DNA of 62,873 nucleotides, counting the filler, from Octopus bimaculoides (Eukaryota): the NCBI RefSeq assembly GCF_001194135.2. It is 3 parts of 3 records of this genome, joined end to end, with 100 filler letters (N's around TTAATTAATTAA, not from the genome) between each part and the next. Parts side by side here need not be neighbours in the genome. Positions count along the whole stretch, not along the records: positions 40,722 to 62,873 come from NC_068987.1; 2 more parts are not named here. One strand, given 5' to 3'. Positions 60,327 to 62,873 of the stretch are shown here, in pieces; positions within the stretch are counted from its first letter, which is position 1, and every line of letters begins with the position of its first letter. The notes beneath the pieces were generated by a model. That model saw nothing but the letters and a program-made list of their open reading frames with translations. It made no database searches and had not been told where the DNA came from. Both the position numbers and the translations under genes were made by a program.

Positions 60327-60632
60327 GCTATAAGATTCAATCTTTGCTTATAAAAACCAGCAGAAATTCAGTTAACATTTATATATTCATAGATATGAAA
60401 TATCCACAACATGTCTTACAAGGCCTGGAAATAATTAATCAGAAAATGCACCCACATAGTGACCGAAAATGATATCTAAAGTCAATATAGTAATCAGCAA
60501 TTGATTCATTGATAAATAATTTACTTACAACTCTTAATACTACACTGGGCATTGCAATTAATTTTGCACCAAAGTCAACTTCATATTTCGTCCGTTGACT
60601 TGTGTATTTGGCTGCGTTTGCGTGTATATATG

Positions 60633-60667
<35 letters not shown>

Positions 60668-61096
60668 TCATATGTATGTCTATAGCGCTTGTGTGTTAAT
60701 GTGAAAATCGATCCCAAACGTTTTGTCGGTGAGGTGATTGGGAATCTTCCAATGATTGAAAGACATCAAAACAAAGAGGTCATTCGCTATTTGTCTTCGA
60801 ACACCGTCAAGTGATTTACTTTCTATAAATCTCCAGAGTATATAAAGCAATGATAGCGAACATATCTTCTGAGTATTTCGTCGTTTGTCAGAAGAACGTG
60901 TACTCAATAACCTACCAGAGACCAACATTAATTTTTGGTCGTGTCATAAGTTGCGTCTAACAAATATTTATACCTACACACAGACACACAAACACACATA
61001 TATATATGATTGTATATATACGTGAATGTACATATGTATATATAAATGTATGTAGATGTGTGTGTGTGTGTGAGTGAATGTGCGTGTATATATGTT

Positions 61097-61148
<52 letters not shown>

Positions 61149-62873
61149 TATCTAATACAGAACAATCATAAATATTGTACAGCTGCTGCCATGACATGTC
61201 ATGCATCAATACACTAGGTCATACCAGGAATCCACTGCAGAATGCAACTTTAGGAACCCAGGTACTTGCCTACTCGACCTATACGCTACTGAGATCACTT
61301 TGCCTCTGCCAAATTACGATATATTGAACTGACAAAACTGACTTGAAAGCAATATAGATCAACCAGGAAGTTACTTCCTGATATCGTGGTGCATGCTTTT
61401 TGTAGCTGAAAAATACAGAAATACAGAATTTTCTAAAGTCTATGAACACCAGTGACAAAATAAACTTGAGATTGTAAATCTTTACAAGATATAAGACTCT
61501 CGACAAGTTTCTGCTATCAAACTGGAGAATGTCATCCTCTCCGAATAGCAAAATTTTCCTTTACCCCATTTAATTTACCCTAATAACTGTGAATTTATAT
61601 ATAACCTGTTACTAGTATTGTTCCAAAGGATAAAAGGGGCACAGATGGTATCTCCTTCTCCTCCAAATTCTCCACTTTTCTCGTTTATCGTCTGCTTTTT
61701 CGATTTTTCCCAACTGCATATTAGAACCGTTTTATTGCTGATTTCGCAATTTCATCTGTGCTCCAACATGAATTGTACATGTTGGAATGAGCATTTATCA
61801 ACTATATGTAATATTGCACTTGATTAGTCTGCTATTTATTTAATGACCTCTAAAAGAGGAAAAGCAAATTGACCTCAATGACATTTTATAAACTTTAAAT
61901 AATTTTTCGTAGCACGTATAGAATTCTGCCAATCATTTAAAAGAGAAAGCAAAAACAAAACCAATAAATCCTCGAAAACTATTTTACTAATATGATAAAT
62001 TTCCACCCATAAAGATGTAGCACTACAATAGCTTTATCATTTATTACTTGGATGTTTTGTGGGCCAGAATGTTTTATTGCGACGCAAACATTTGTAAGTA
62101 TGATGTCATCATTTGGTAGGACTTGAATTAAAATTGCTTTAAACATATAAAAACAGGTAAACTAGCTAAAAAGTTATTTGCTTTTGTGTTTCGCACCATG
62201 ACAATTAATGTTGAAATGTGGGAGATATTAAAAAATGAAAAAAGGAAAAACAAATTTTTAAAAATTATGAGGCGTTTTTTAGGGTTTTTATTTTTAGTTT
62301 CAAAGGGTATTTATATTTGTTATATTTTAAGTCTTACATATATATTATAAAATGTTATCATTTTGTTAATTGGCGGTCTGAAACGCATGTTTTAACATTC
62401 ACGTGGTTAATTTCACCTCTAATTAAATAACTTCCTGGTTTGCTGAACTGATTTGAAATTCTTTAGTAAACTTAAGATATTATTGGAAAGCATAAACAAA
62501 ATTTTAATATAAAAAGAAAATAAAAAAAAATTGAAGACAAAAATCAAAACAATTACAAAAAAGAATCCATAGAAAGAAAGTAATGAAAAATACATGTAAA
62601 TAATTATAGCAAAATGTAAAGAAATCTTGCACCACTCCGCGACCATCACAATGAATAGGAAAAACATTCACAAAAACAAACAAACAACGGATATATGGAA
62701 AATTCCAAAACATAAACATTAAGCAGGGCATGCAACACGTGATCTAATATGGAAAGGAATAAGAATTCTCAGCTCATATTTTAATTAACTCTTTATTTAT
62801 TTAGCTTTATTTCATAGCATTCTTTTAGCAAATATTCAAATACACACAAGCATATGTATGTGTAAACATGCAT

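Overview
This is AT-rich eukaryotic repeat-dominated DNA with scaffold N-gaps and many microsatellites. The tRNA-derived SINE families and the overall repeat content point to an octopus (coleoid cephalopod) genome; that is an inference, not a database result. No intact protein-coding gene, rRNA, true tRNA gene or CRISPR array is supported. The window holds decayed mobile elements from many groups. DNA transposons: mariner, maT/DD37D-like, hATm-like, Merlin. Retroelements: Ty3/Gypsy, Penelope-like (PLE), and CR1-, RTE-, R4/Dong-, HERO- and I/Jockey-type LINEs. There are also four SINE families. The most interesting signal is hidden in an unnamed ~290-bp repeat present three times: each copy folds as a type I hammerhead ribozyme with a 13-bp stem II, a palindromic stem III and a compensatory change in stem I, and two copies keep an intact catalytic core. 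A second, PLE-associated minimal hammerhead family occurs twice. Other notable structures are a mariner built from two inverted 5-prime ends, a Merlin transposase relic with a CpG/CCAAT-rich terminus, a gag-like ORF1 abutting an R4/Dong RT-RLE ORF, frequent tandem and fold-back SINE pairs, and a pre-miRNA-like hairpin. A few isolated splice-site pairs hint weakly at a minus-strand host transcript. Repeat boundaries are approximate (about +/-10-20 bp) unless a TSD or TIR is quoted.
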